Source: an uncultured Actinomycetes bacterium (lineage in GTDB: Bacteria; Actinomycetota; Acidimicrobiia; Acidimicrobiales; CAVRDY01). Taken from it: a DNA stretch of 64,000 nt. The translations under genes were made by a program, and so were the position numbers. Location of the stretch: NCBI GenBank assembly GCA_963719935.1, contig CAVRDY010000007.1, forward strand, positions 16,335 to 80,334, given 5' to 3'. The notes under the pieces were generated by a model. It saw only the letters and a list, made by a program, of their open reading frames with translations. It did not search any database and was not told where the DNA came from. Positions 36,979-46,300 of the stretch are shown one piece after another. Within the stretch, counting starts at the first letter, position 1, and each line of letters begins with the position of its first letter.

Positions 36979-37832
36979 CGGGGCAGCGGGCCGCCGGCGC
37001 GACAGCGGGCCTCGTAGTCGGTCCAGTCGGGGATGATGGTGCGCAGGTCGATGGTCCGGTGTGGGAGGCGCGCGTCGGTGGTGGAGGAGTAGAGGTCGCC
37101 TTCCTGCCACCACCAGAGGGAAATGGGGCTGGCCAGGTCGGTGACCAGGGGCGGGCTGACCTGAGGGTCCAGGCCCAGGCACGACTGGTAGGTCAGGGCC
37201 GGGGCGCTGGCCACCCGGGCGTGGGCCCATCCGACCTCAACGGCGCGGTGCACGTGGCCGCACAGCACGGCCCGTACCTGGGGGTGGCGGTCCACCACGG
37301 TCCGCAGCTCTGCGGTGCCAGGCAGGCCCCCGTAGTCCATCCACCACATCCCCGTGACGAACGGCGGGTGGTGCAGGCAAACGACGCTGGGGTGTTCGGG
37401 GGCGGCGGCCAACGTGGTGTCCAACCAGGCCAGCTCGTCGTCGGTGAGGCACCCGTCGTGGTGGTCGGTGCGGGTCGAGTCGATGGCGACCAGGCGCAGC
37501 GGGTGGTCGTCGACGACCCACCGCAGGGGACCGTCGCCGGCCAGCTCGGGGTGGTCGGGGAAGGCCGCCCTCAGCGCGGCCGGGTCGTCGTGGTTGCCCG
37601 CCAGCAGGTAGATGGGGGCGTCCAAGGGGGCCAGCAGTTCCCGCAGCCGGGCGTACTGGTCAGGGTGACCCCTGTCGGTCAGGTCGCCGGTGATGACCAC
37701 AGCGTCGACGTTGCGGTCGAGGCCGTTGAGCTGGACCACGACGGCCTCGAGCTGGGCCGCCCCGTCGCTGAAGGAGGCGATGAGAGAGTCTGGGTCGCTG
37801 ACGTGGATGTCGGAGAGGTGAGCCAGGAGCAC
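36969..37832 (-). CDS. Metallophosphoesterase (CpdA-like 3',5'-cyclic-nucleotide phosphodiesterase family)
   Basis: 287 aa. HLSDIHV, ITGDLTDRG, GNHDD and CGHVH motifs are all present. Confidence 0.85.
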   Translation of the reverse strand: MLLAHLSDIHVSDPDSLIASFSDGAAQLEAVVVQLNGLDRNVDAVVITGDLTDRGHPDQYARLRELLAPLDAPIYLLAGNHDDPAALRAAFPDHPELAGDGPLRWVVDDHPLRLVAIDSTRTDHHDGCLTDDELAWLDTTLAAAPEHPSVVCLHHPPFVTGMWWMDYGGLPGTAELRTVVDRHPQVRAVLCGHVHRAVEVGWAHARVASAPALTYQSCLGLDPQVSPPLVTDLASPISLWWWQEGDLYSSTTDARLPHRTIDLRTIIPDWTDYEARCRAGGPLPRER

Positions 37833-37860
37833 GGGGTCAGGCTAGGCCGGTTCGCCTGGG

Positions 37861-38877
37861 TCAACCGGCGGGCTCATCTGTCTGGGGGAAGATCCGGTCG
37901 AACCAGCCGACGAGCAGGGCGGCGGCGGCTTCACCGTCGTGGGTCAGGCCGGTTTCGGTGGTGTCGAAGCCGTGCTCGGCGCCCTCCACCACGTGGGCCG
38001 AAGCCTGGTAGCCCGCGACCTCGACCCCGGCCGCCAGGTACTCCTGTTGGGGGATGATGTCGCCGAGGTCCAGGGATCCGGTGAACAGGACCACCGGACC
38101 GGTGGCGCCGGCCGCGTTGACCACCGAGTCGGCGGCCTGCCAGCGGCGGCGCACCTCGGGGTCGGGATCGTCACGGTCGCCGCCGTAGTACTGGCGGTCG
38201 TACTGCATGGTCCCGTCGTAGGTGCTGTAGAAGCCCACGAAGGCGTTGAGGTGGTCGGGGATGGCCGCCCACAACTCGGGGCTGTCGAACAGCGGGTGGC
38301 CCGGGGTGGTGAAGGCCACCGCACCCAGCCGGGCTCCGGCGGAGACCCCGTGGAGGGCGATGCGTTCGGGGTCCAGGCCCAAAGCCGGCGCCGAGCCCCG
38401 AAGCCACTGCACGGCCGCCTTGACGTCTTGTTCGGGGACGGGGAACACCGGTGACTCGGTGCTGCCGGGCGAGAAGAGGTGGTAGTTGACCGACAGGGTG
38501 GTGTAGCCGGCATCGGTGTAGATCTGGGACCAGCCCGTCATCCCGGTGTGGTTGCCGCCGATCCCCCCGCCTCCGTGGACCAGAACGATGCCCACGTCGC
38601 GGGCGCGCTCGGGGGCGGGCCGGCACAGCTCGCTGTCCTGTGCGTCCAGCGAGGCGGCAGGGGTTGTGACGACCATGGCGCAGCCCCCGGGTGCCACTCC
38701 CGGGTCGGGCAGGGTGACGGGGGCCAGGGTGGTGGGGCCGGGGGCACCTTCGGGTCCGGGAGCGGTGAAGGTGGTGGGTCCGGTGCCCGGGGCCGGGTCC
38801 TCGGCTCCCGTGGACGAGCAGGCGAGGGCGACGGCGCCGAGGGTGACAGAACCCACGGCCAGGGCGACCCGCCGCAT
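37861..38877 (-). CDS. Secreted alpha/beta hydrolase (esterase/lipase-like) lipoprotein
   Basis: The internal ATG gives MRRVALAVGSVTLGAVALACSS (lipobox). HGGGG oxyanion motif and nucleophile GVSAGA. Confidence 0.8.
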   Translation of the reverse strand: MRRVALAVGSVTLGAVALACSSTGAEDPAPGTGPTTFTAPGPEGAPGPTTLAPVTLPDPGVAPGGCAMVVTTPAASLDAQDSELCRPAPERARDVGIVLVHGGGGIGGNHTGMTGWSQIYTDAGYTTLSVNYHLFSPGSTESPVFPVPEQDVKAAVQWLRGSAPALGLDPERIALHGVSAGARLGAVAFTTPGHPLFDSPELWAAIPDHLNAFVGFYSTYDGTMQYDRQYYGGDRDDPDPEVRRRWQAADSVVNAAGATGPVVLFTGSLDLGDIIPQQEYLAAGVEVAGYQASAHVVEGAEHGFDTTETGLTHDGEAAAALLVGWFDRIFPQTDEPAG

Positions 38878-38976
38878 CCCGCGACGAGGGTGGCCGGAGC
38901 GCGTGCGCGTCGACGGTGACACAGATCGAGCCTATGCCCCGAGGCTTCCTGACCTGCGCGACGGGACGGCGCCAGG

Positions 38977-38997
38977 GATCTGACGGGTCGTCAGATC
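38977..38997. promoter_or_regulatory. Perfect 9-3-9 palindrome, candidate repressor operator upstream of the ACAD-SDR pair
   Basis: GATCTGACG-ggt-CGTCAGATC ends 21 nt upstream of the GTG start at 39018. Confidence 0.4.
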
Positions 38998-39017
38998 GGC
39001 GGGTAGCCTGCCTGGCC

Positions 39018-40229
39018 GTGGACCTGTCGCCCCACCCCGAGGACGAATCCTTCCGGGCCGAGGTGCGCGGCTACCTCGCAGCCGCCCTCTCGGGCGAGTT
39101 CGCTGTGGTGCGGGGCCGGGGTGGGCCGGGTGACGAGCACGCCTTCGTCACCGAGCGCCTGGCCTGGGAGCGCCGCCTGGGAGCCGACGGTTGGACCTGT
39201 GTGGGATGGCCCACCGAGCACGGAGGGCAAGGGCTGTCGCTGGACCACCAGATCGTGTTCCACGAGGAGTACGCCCGCGCCGGGGGTCCGGGCCGGGTGG
39301 GCATCGTGGGCGAGGGCCTTCTGGGGCCGACGTTGATCCACTTCGGTTCTCCCGCTCAGCAGCGCCGCTTCCTGCCCGGGATCGTGGCCGGCACCGAGGT
39401 GTGGTGCCAGGGCTACAGCGAACCCGACGCCGGTTCGGACCTGGCCAACCTGAAGACCCGGGCCGTGCTCGACGGCGACCACTGGGTGCTGGAAGGCCAG
39501 AAGGTGTGGACCAGCCTGGCCCACTTCTCGCACTGGTGCTTCGTGCTGGCGCGTACCGACCCCGACGCCGCCCCACACCGGGGAATCACGTACTTCCTGG
39601 TGGCCATGGACAGCCCCGGAATCGAGATCCGACCCATCCGCCAGATCACCGGGACCGCCGAGTTCAACGAGACCTTCTTCGACGGGGTGCGGGTGCCCGC
39701 CGACCAGGTGGTGGGCGAGGTGAACGGTGGTTGGAAGGTGGCCATGGGAACCCTGGCCTTCGAACGGGGCGAGTCGACGCTGGGTCAACAACTCGTGTTC
39801 TCACGCGAGTTCGAAGCGGTGGTGACCACCGCCCGGGCCAACGGCGCGCTCGGTGATCCATCGGTTCGCCAGCGGCTGGCGGCGATGTGGTCACGTCTGC
39901 AGATCCTGAGGTGGAACACCTTGCGTGTGCTCTCTGGTGAGGCCGGCCAAGCCCAACTCAGCGGGGCGGCCATGGTCACGAAGCTCTACTGGGCGAGCCT
40001 GCACCGAGACCTCGGAGACCTGGCCCTGGATGTGTCCGGAGGCGCGGGAACGATCTGCGCCTCCCCCGAGGACGACCCCGCCGACACCGGCGGGTACATG
40101 CTGTCCGCTGCGCAGAAGCTGTTCCTGTTCACCCGGGCTGACACCATCTACGGAGGAACGAACCAGATCCAGCGCAACCTCATCGGCGAGCGGGCCCTGG
40201 GCCTGCCCCGCGAGCCCCGCACCAGCTAA
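39018..40229 (+). CDS. Acyl-CoA dehydrogenase
   Basis: In-frame GTG at 39018. WCQGYSEPDAGSDLANLKTRA..., NGGWKVAMGTLAFERG and IYGGTNQIQRNLIGERALGLP are ACAD motifs. Confidence 0.9.
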   Translation: MDLSPHPEDESFRAEVRGYLAAALSGEFAVVRGRGGPGDEHAFVTERLAWERRLGADGWTCVGWPTEHGGQGLSLDHQIVFHEEYARAGGPGRVGIVGEGLLGPTLIHFGSPAQQRRFLPGIVAGTEVWCQGYSEPDAGSDLANLKTRAVLDGDHWVLEGQKVWTSLAHFSHWCFVLARTDPDAAPHRGITYFLVAMDSPGIEIRPIRQITGTAEFNETFFDGVRVPADQVVGEVNGGWKVAMGTLAFERGESTLGQQLVFSREFEAVVTTARANGALGDPSVRQRLAAMWSRLQILRWNTLRVLSGEAGQAQLSGAAMVTKLYWASLHRDLGDLALDVSGGAGTICASPEDDPADTGGYMLSAAQKLFLFTRADTIYGGTNQIQRNLIGERALGLPREPRTS

Positions 40230-40243
40230 CACCTGGAGGTCCC

Positions 40244-41026
40244 ATGTCCGTGTCGGTCCCGCCCTATCCCCACGGCCGCCAGCTCCTGGTCGGCAGGTCT
40301 GTCGTGGTCACCGCCGCTGCCGGGACAGGCATCGGCCATGCCCTGGCCCGGCGCTGTGCCGAGGAGGGCGCCCGGGTACTCATCAGCGACATGCACGAAC
40401 GCCGCCTGGCCGAGGCGGCCGAACGCCTGGAGGACGTGTGTGGTGGTCGTCCCCCTTCGGTGCGTTGCGACGTGACGGTGGAAGCCGACGTGCAGGCGTT
40501 GTTCGATGCGGCGCAGGACGAGCTCGGCGGGGTGGACGTGATGATGAACAACGCCGGCCTGGGTGGCACGGCCCGCCTGGTGGACATGAGCGACGAGCAG
40601 TGGTCCGCGGTGGTGGACGTGACCCTCAACGGCACCTTCCGCTGCACCCGCGCCGCCTTGCGTCATATGGCGCCCCGGGGCGGGGGCGCCATCGTGAACA
40701 ACGCCTCGGTTCTGGGGTGGCGGGCCCAGGACGGCCAGGCTCACTACGCGGCGGCCAAGGCCGGGGTGATGGCCCTGACCCGGTGCGCGGCGGTGGAGGC
40801 AGCCGGGTCCAACGTGCGGGTCAACGCAGTGGCACCCTCGCTGGCAATGCACCCGTTCCTGGCCAAGGTGACCAGCGACGAGCTGCTGGAGGAGTTGACG
40901 CAGAAGGAGGCGTTCGGGCGGGCCGCCGAGCCCTGGGAGGTTGCCAACGTGATGGTCTTCCTGGCCAGCGATCTGGCCAGCTACCTGACCGGCGAGGTCA
41001 TATCGGTGTCCAGCCAGCACCCGTGA
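40244..41026 (+). CDS. SDR-family oxidoreductase (FabG-like)
   Basis: 260 aa. TAAAGTGIGHA (TGxxxGxG), NNAG, and catalytic YAAAKAG. Confidence 0.9.
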   Translation: MSVSVPPYPHGRQLLVGRSVVVTAAAGTGIGHALARRCAEEGARVLISDMHERRLAEAAERLEDVCGGRPPSVRCDVTVEADVQALFDAAQDELGGVDVMMNNAGLGGTARLVDMSDEQWSAVVDVTLNGTFRCTRAALRHMAPRGGGAIVNNASVLGWRAQDGQAHYAAAKAGVMALTRCAAVEAAGSNVRVNAVAPSLAMHPFLAKVTSDELLEELTQKEAFGRAAEPWEVANVMVFLASDLASYLTGEVISVSSQHP

Positions 41027-41029
41027 GGG

Positions 41030-41623
41030 TTGGTTCGCCCCTGGCTCGCACCGGGCGCGTGCCATGCTCTGGTCGTGGATGCGGGAGCAGGCAAGGTGGT
41101 GCGCGTGGGTGTCACCGGGCACCGTGCGCTGGCCGCACAGGATGCGCTGGCCCGGGCCGTCGACGCCGTTCTCGACGACGTCCTGGCCGGCGTGGGCGGG
41201 GGAGAAGACCCCGACCGATGTCCGACGCTGGAAGTCGTGTCGTCGCTGGCCGAGGGAGCCGACCGCCTCGTCGTCGACCGGGTGCTGGTGCACACCGGCA
41301 GCCGCCTGGTGGTGGTGCTGCCCCTCGACCCCGACGACTACGAGACCGACTTCGCCGACCCGGCCTCGGTCGGTGCCTTCCGGGCGATGCTCGAGCGGGC
41401 GGCCGAGGTGGAGATCACCGGACCCGACCCCGGCGGCAGCCGGGAGTCGGCCTACGAGCGGGCCGGGCAGGCCGTCGTCGAACGCTGCGACGTGCTGCTC
41501 GGCCTCTGGGACGGCACCTCGTCGCGAGGCAGGGGCGGCACGGCCGACATCATCGACCACGCCCGGGAGCGAGGTCGTGCCGTGGTCATCGTCCCCGTCA
41601 CCCGAGCTGAGCCCCAGCCATGA
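41030..41623 (+). CDS. Stand-alone SLOG/DprA/YpsA-like Rossmannoid protein (predicted nucleotide-derivative binding); the true start is probably GTG at 41096
   Basis: Sequence VRVGVTGHR...SSLAEGADRLVVDRVL...RLVVVLPLDPDDYETDF...YERAGQAVVERCDVLLGLWDG...GGTADIIDHARERGRAVVIVPV. This mirrors the SLOG/DprA layout: N-terminal G-rich strand, [S/G]xAxGxD, a parallel strand, then D-hhhhh-W/Y-D-G...GGT...A...G+xVhhhP. The SD-like gggagcagg precedes 41096. Confidence 0.55.
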   Translation: MVRPWLAPGACHALVVDAGAGKVVRVGVTGHRALAAQDALARAVDAVLDDVLAGVGGGEDPDRCPTLEVVSSLAEGADRLVVDRVLVHTGSRLVVVLPLDPDDYETDFADPASVGAFRAMLERAAEVEITGPDPGGSRESAYERAGQAVVERCDVLLGLWDGTSSRGRGGTADIIDHARERGRAVVIVPVTRAEPQP

Positions 41624-41659
41624 CGGCGGAGCCCCAGTCATGACGGCGGAGCGCAGGCA

Positions 41660-43369
41660 ATGAGGTGGATCGACTCGTCGCGGCGCCGCTGGTACCTGCT
41701 GGCCGCCTGCTGGGTCGGCCTCCTGGTGATCGGCATGGGTGGCTTCATCGAGCAGTCCCACGAAGGTGACCTGGGTCGCGGCTTCCTGGACAACCTGTAC
41801 CTGACACTCCAGCTCGCCACCCTCGACTACGACGGCGGCTCCACCGCCCTCAACTGGCGGCTTGAGATCGCCCGGTTCGTGGCCCCCGTCATGGCTGCGG
41901 GCACCGTGCTGCAGACGGCGTCGGTGGTCTTCCGTGACCAGTTCCTGCGCTGGCGCATCGGCTTCTCCAAAGGGCACACGGTTGTGTGTGGCCTCGGTCC
42001 CGCCGGCACCCGCCTGGCCATCGCCCTGGCCCGCGAGGGGCACCCGGTCGTGGGTGTCGACGCCGACCCGGCCGCCAGTGGCCTGGCCGCGCTACGTGAC
42101 GCCGACGTCCCCGCCCTGGCCGGGGATCCCACCGATGCCGAAGTGCTCCTTGCCGCACGGGTCGACCGGGCGGCGCAGGTGGTGGCCTTCGACCGCGACG
42201 ACGCCGCGAATGTGGCGGTCACGGCCGCAGTTCGTGCGGTGCCCCGCCACGGCAACGACACCGCTCTGCGGTGCTCGGTGCACCTGACCGACGCCGAGCT
42301 CACCGAACTGCTGCGCGGGGCCGATCTGGGTGGCAGCAGCGACGTGCGCGTCGAGTTCTTCAACCTGCACGAGCGGGGGGCCCGGGCGTTGCTGGGCGAG
42401 GTGGAGGCCTTCGGGGACGGGTCCCGGCCCCCGCACCTGGTGGTCGTGGGGATGGGCCAACTGGGCCGCAGTCTGGTGGTGGCCGCCGCCCAGCAGTGGG
42501 CCGAGGTGGGCCAAGGGCCCCTGGTCGTATCGCTGGTCGACCGGGACGCCGCCGGACGGTGGAACGCGCTGCTCCTCCAGCACCCGGCCCTGGAGGCGGC
42601 CGCCGACGCCCGCTGCCTCGCCTTCGATCTGGAGGCCCCCACCGCCGACATGGTCCAGCGCTTCACGACCGTGCTGCTCGACGAGGCCCCCACCGCAGTG
42701 GCCGTCGTGCTGGCCGACGAGTCCCTGGCCCTGTCCACCTCCCTGTTCGTGCACAAGACCCTGGGCCGCCCGTCGGTGCCGGTGGTGGTGCGCACCAGCG
42801 CCGATGCCGGGCTGGCGGGAATCGTCACCTCGACCGGCACCCCCGATCCGCACCAGCCGGCTCGATTCCCGGGTCTGGTGCTGTTCCCGTTCCTCGACCG
42901 CACCTGCTCGCCGGCCATCATCGAGGGCGGTGTGCGTGAGCAGTTGGCCCGCGCCATCCACGAGGACCACACCGCACGGGCAGGCCACGACGGGGGTCTG
43001 CACCGTCCCTGGGACCAGCTCGACGACGCCGAGCGTGAGTCGAGTCGCCGGGCCGCCGACGGAATCGTCGACACCCTGGCAGACGTCGGTTTCGAGCTCG
43101 TACCGCTGCGACGCTGGGGAGCGGCCGAGGTTCCCTTCACCGACGCCGAGGTGGAGCGACTGGCCCGGGTCGAGCACGAACGTTGGCGAGCCGAACGCCA
43201 GGCCCAGGGTTGGCGCCACGGGCCCTCCCGCGACGACGACGCCAAGCTCAACCCGCTGCTGGTCGCCTGGGTCGATGCTCCAGCAGAAGCCCAGGCCGCC
43301 AACCGGGACGCCGTGCGGACCCGCCCCGGCATGCTGGCGAGAGCAGGCTTCGAGCTGGCCCGCAGCTGA
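41660..43369 (+). CDS. 2-TM P-loop cation-channel-like protein fused to two TrkA-N/RCK Rossmann domains and a C-terminal RyR domain
   Basis: 569 aa. TM1 is WYLLAACWVGLLVIGMGGFI. Pore-helix/filter-like segment FLDNLYLTLQLATLDYDGG (compare T-V-G-Y-G-D). TM2 is LEIARFVAPVMAAGTVLQTASVVF. RCK1 is HTVVCGLGPAGTRLAIALAREGHPVVGVDAD and RCK2 is HLVVVGMGQLGRSLV. C-terminus LARAIHEDHTARA...WDQLDDAERESSRRAADGIVDTL...LARVEHERWRAERQAQGW...NPLLVAWVDAPAEAQAANRDAV resembles RyR (PF02026-type) repeats. Confidence 0.7.
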   Translation: MRWIDSSRRRWYLLAACWVGLLVIGMGGFIEQSHEGDLGRGFLDNLYLTLQLATLDYDGGSTALNWRLEIARFVAPVMAAGTVLQTASVVFRDQFLRWRIGFSKGHTVVCGLGPAGTRLAIALAREGHPVVGVDADPAASGLAALRDADVPALAGDPTDAEVLLAARVDRAAQVVAFDRDDAANVAVTAAVRAVPRHGNDTALRCSVHLTDAELTELLRGADLGGSSDVRVEFFNLHERGARALLGEVEAFGDGSRPPHLVVVGMGQLGRSLVVAAAQQWAEVGQGPLVVSLVDRDAAGRWNALLLQHPALEAAADARCLAFDLEAPTADMVQRFTTVLLDEAPTAVAVVLADESLALSTSLFVHKTLGRPSVPVVVRTSADAGLAGIVTSTGTPDPHQPARFPGLVLFPFLDRTCSPAIIEGGVREQLARAIHEDHTARAGHDGGLHRPWDQLDDAERESSRRAADGIVDTLADVGFELVPLRRWGAAEVPFTDAEVERLARVEHERWRAERQAQGWRHGPSRDDDAKLNPLLVAWVDAPAEAQAANRDAVRTRPGMLARAGFELARS

Positions 43370-43392
43370 CCGCTGGTTGCGCGGCCGGTGGG

Positions 43393-46300
43393 CTAGTTGC
43401 GCGACTGGAGGTCGGCGATCATCTGGTCGAGCTGGGCCACCATGGCCTGTAGTTGGGGGCCGTAGCCGGCCGCGGTCCGGCGGGCCTGGTGCAACGCGTC
43501 GAGAGCCTCGGGCACGCGGCCCAACAGGCCCAGCAGCTCCCCACGGTTGGCGGTGGCGAACAGCACCCCCTGGGCGTTGCCGCCGGCCTGGGCCAGGCCC
43601 AACTGCTCCTCGACGCAGGCCAACGCCTCGGCGAGGTCACCCTGGTAGCGCAAGACGATGGCCTGGTTGCCCACGCAGGCCGCCAAGCCGACCTGGTCGC
43701 CGAGTCGCCGGCACAAGACGTCCTGCTCGTCGAGCAAGGCAGCGGCCTGGGTCAGCAACGCGTGGTCGACGTTGGTGGCGTCGCCGGCCGCCCCGGCGGG
43801 CTGTGCCCGGTTGATGCACAGCAACGCCTGCTCGCCCAGCGCCCGCTGGAGGGCGGCGTCGTCACCCAGAGCCCGGTAGGCGACCACCAGCGACGACCAC
43901 AACGACTCGGCATTGGCGGTGTCACCGACCTGATAGGCGAGGCCGATGCCCTGTTCGCCCCACTGCTTGGCTGACGCCGCAACCCCCAGCCGGGCAGCCG
44001 CGTCGGCAGCTCTGGCGTAGTCCGCGACAGCGGCCGCCAGGTCCTGGTGCTGGTGGTGGACCTGAGCCCGGTTGGCCAGTATCGGCAGCAGCGTCGAGTA
44101 GGCCCGCAGCTCTGTCAGGACCGGTTCGGCCTGGCCGTAGCGTTCGAGGGCGTCCGCCCAGCGCTGCTCGGCGAGGTCACAGGTGCCCAGGTTGACGGTG
44201 GCCACGGCCACGGCGTGGCGATCACCGGTTGCCTGGGCCACCCGCAGCTCCTCTTCGTGGGTCGCCCGGCACCCCGCCAGGTCGCCCTGTTCACGGCGGG
44301 CCGTGCCGATGAGACCCAGGGCCACGGCGGTCTGGGTGGCCGCGCCGGCGTTGCGGGCGGTCAGCTCGGCCTCACGGGCCCGGCGTTCCACCTCGGGCCA
44401 GTCGCCGCTCATCGATGCGGCCATGGCACCGGCGGACAGAACCCTTGCCAGCATTCCCGAATCGGCCATCTTGCGAGCCAGGGACTCGGCTTCGGCCGCA
44501 GTGGCCAGAGCCGCGTCGAGATGAGCGAGTTGGCTGTGCATGACCACCTGGTTGAGGAGCGCCTCGAGCAGTCCCCGGCGGTCGCCCATCTCACGGCAGG
44601 TCTCTGCGTGGGCCACGGTCAGCGCCAGCGCCTCGCTGATGTCACCCCGATCAGCCAGGATCGATGCCCGCCCTGCACGCGCCCGGGACACGCCGAGCGG
44701 GTCGCCGGCATCCAGGCACAGCTGCTCCTGCTCGTCGATGCGGGCCAGTGCCTCGTCGAAGCGAGCCTGGAGGACCAGCAGCTGGGCCTGGTTGCCCAAG
44801 TTGGCTTGGAGGTCTGCGGTGTCACCCCGTTGGCGGCAAAGGGCCTCTTCCTCGGCGAACAGCGCAGATGCCTCCTGGGTGCGACCGGCGTCGCGGCACA
44901 CCATGGCCAGGTTGCCCATGGCAGCCCCCAGCAGGGCCTGGTCTTCCGCGGCCCGGCCGCGCTCGACGGCCTCGCGCAGCACCGGGTCGGCCCCGGCCAG
45001 GTCACCCTGGGACCACAGGGCCGCACCGAGGTTCACCAGGGCGGCCCGGAGCCTGGAGTCACCGCCGGGTGCGTCGTCCCGCCCGGCGGAGGACCGGCGG
45101 GCCTGGTCCACCAGGAACCTGTTGAGCACCAGCGCCTCGGCGGGGTGGCCGGCATCGGTGAGCAGGCGCGCCACGCCCCACACGAGGTGGCGGCGCCCCG
45201 CGATCCCCGTCACCCCCTCTGACCCTTCGGCGGCTGCGGGTGGCGGCCCGGTCTCGCTGGCGGCCGGGTCGTCGAGAACGGGCCGGTAGACGTCGGTCAT
45301 GGAGTGGCCTGCGGACTCGGCGTGCACCCAGAGCCGGCGCAGGTCACCTACCGAACGCACGTAGGCCACTTCGGTGAACGCCAGGTCGGCCAGGGTGTGG
45401 GCCAGCCCGGCGGTGTCTCCTGCTCCCAGCTGTTGCCATCCCAGCTCGTCGACGACCCGGTCACCCAGCGGCCGTCCGGCGAAGTAGGCGGCCAGGCGTG
45501 CGTGGGCGGCTCGTTGCGCCGCGTCGTCGGACAGGTAGCGGTCGGTCACGGCCCGGCGGAGGTGTTCGGTGCCGAACCCCACCAGCCCGGCCCGTGTCAC
45601 CAGGCCCTGCTCAGCTGCCAGGAACAGGGGTGACCAGACGGCCCGGGGAGGGGGGTGGCGTCTCCGGGACCGAGCAGGTCGAGCAGCTCGGCTTCGGCCA
45701 GGCCCCGCCGGGCGGCCCACAGCAGTGAGAAGGCGTCGCGGGTGAGCCCGGGACGGTCACGTTCGAAGTCGCGCTCGTAGCGGGTGAGCACCAACTCGAA
45801 CAGGTCGTCGACCGTGTCGGCAGCCAGCAGGTGGTCGATCAGCTCACCAAGGGTGAAGTGGTCGCCGTGCTGGCGCAGCTCGTCCAGCACGGTCCGCAGG
45901 TACAGCGGGTTACCTGTGCGGGGGGCCTGGGTCAGGCGCAGCAGGTGGTGCTCGTCGAGACCCTTCGAGAACCGGGCGAGGAAGGTGGTGATCAACATCC
46001 GGCGCTCGTCCTCGTCGAGGGGGGGCACCTCCAGGCTCGGCCAACCCCGGCCGAGCGCAGCGGCCAGGGGGCGCCCGCCCGCCGAGGTGAGCACCACCCG
46101 CACTCCGCCCGCTGGAACCGCAGGGAGCCAGCCCAGGTCAGGGGCACCATCCTCGTCCACGAGGCGGTCCACGCCGTCGAGCACCAGCACGGTGCGCCGG
46201 GCGCCGGCGCCGGCCTGTAGCAGGGCGTGGGCCAGCGCTGCCCGCAGGCCGGGGGCATCGGCGGGCAGGTCGTCGGGACCAGTACCAGACCAGTCGTCGC

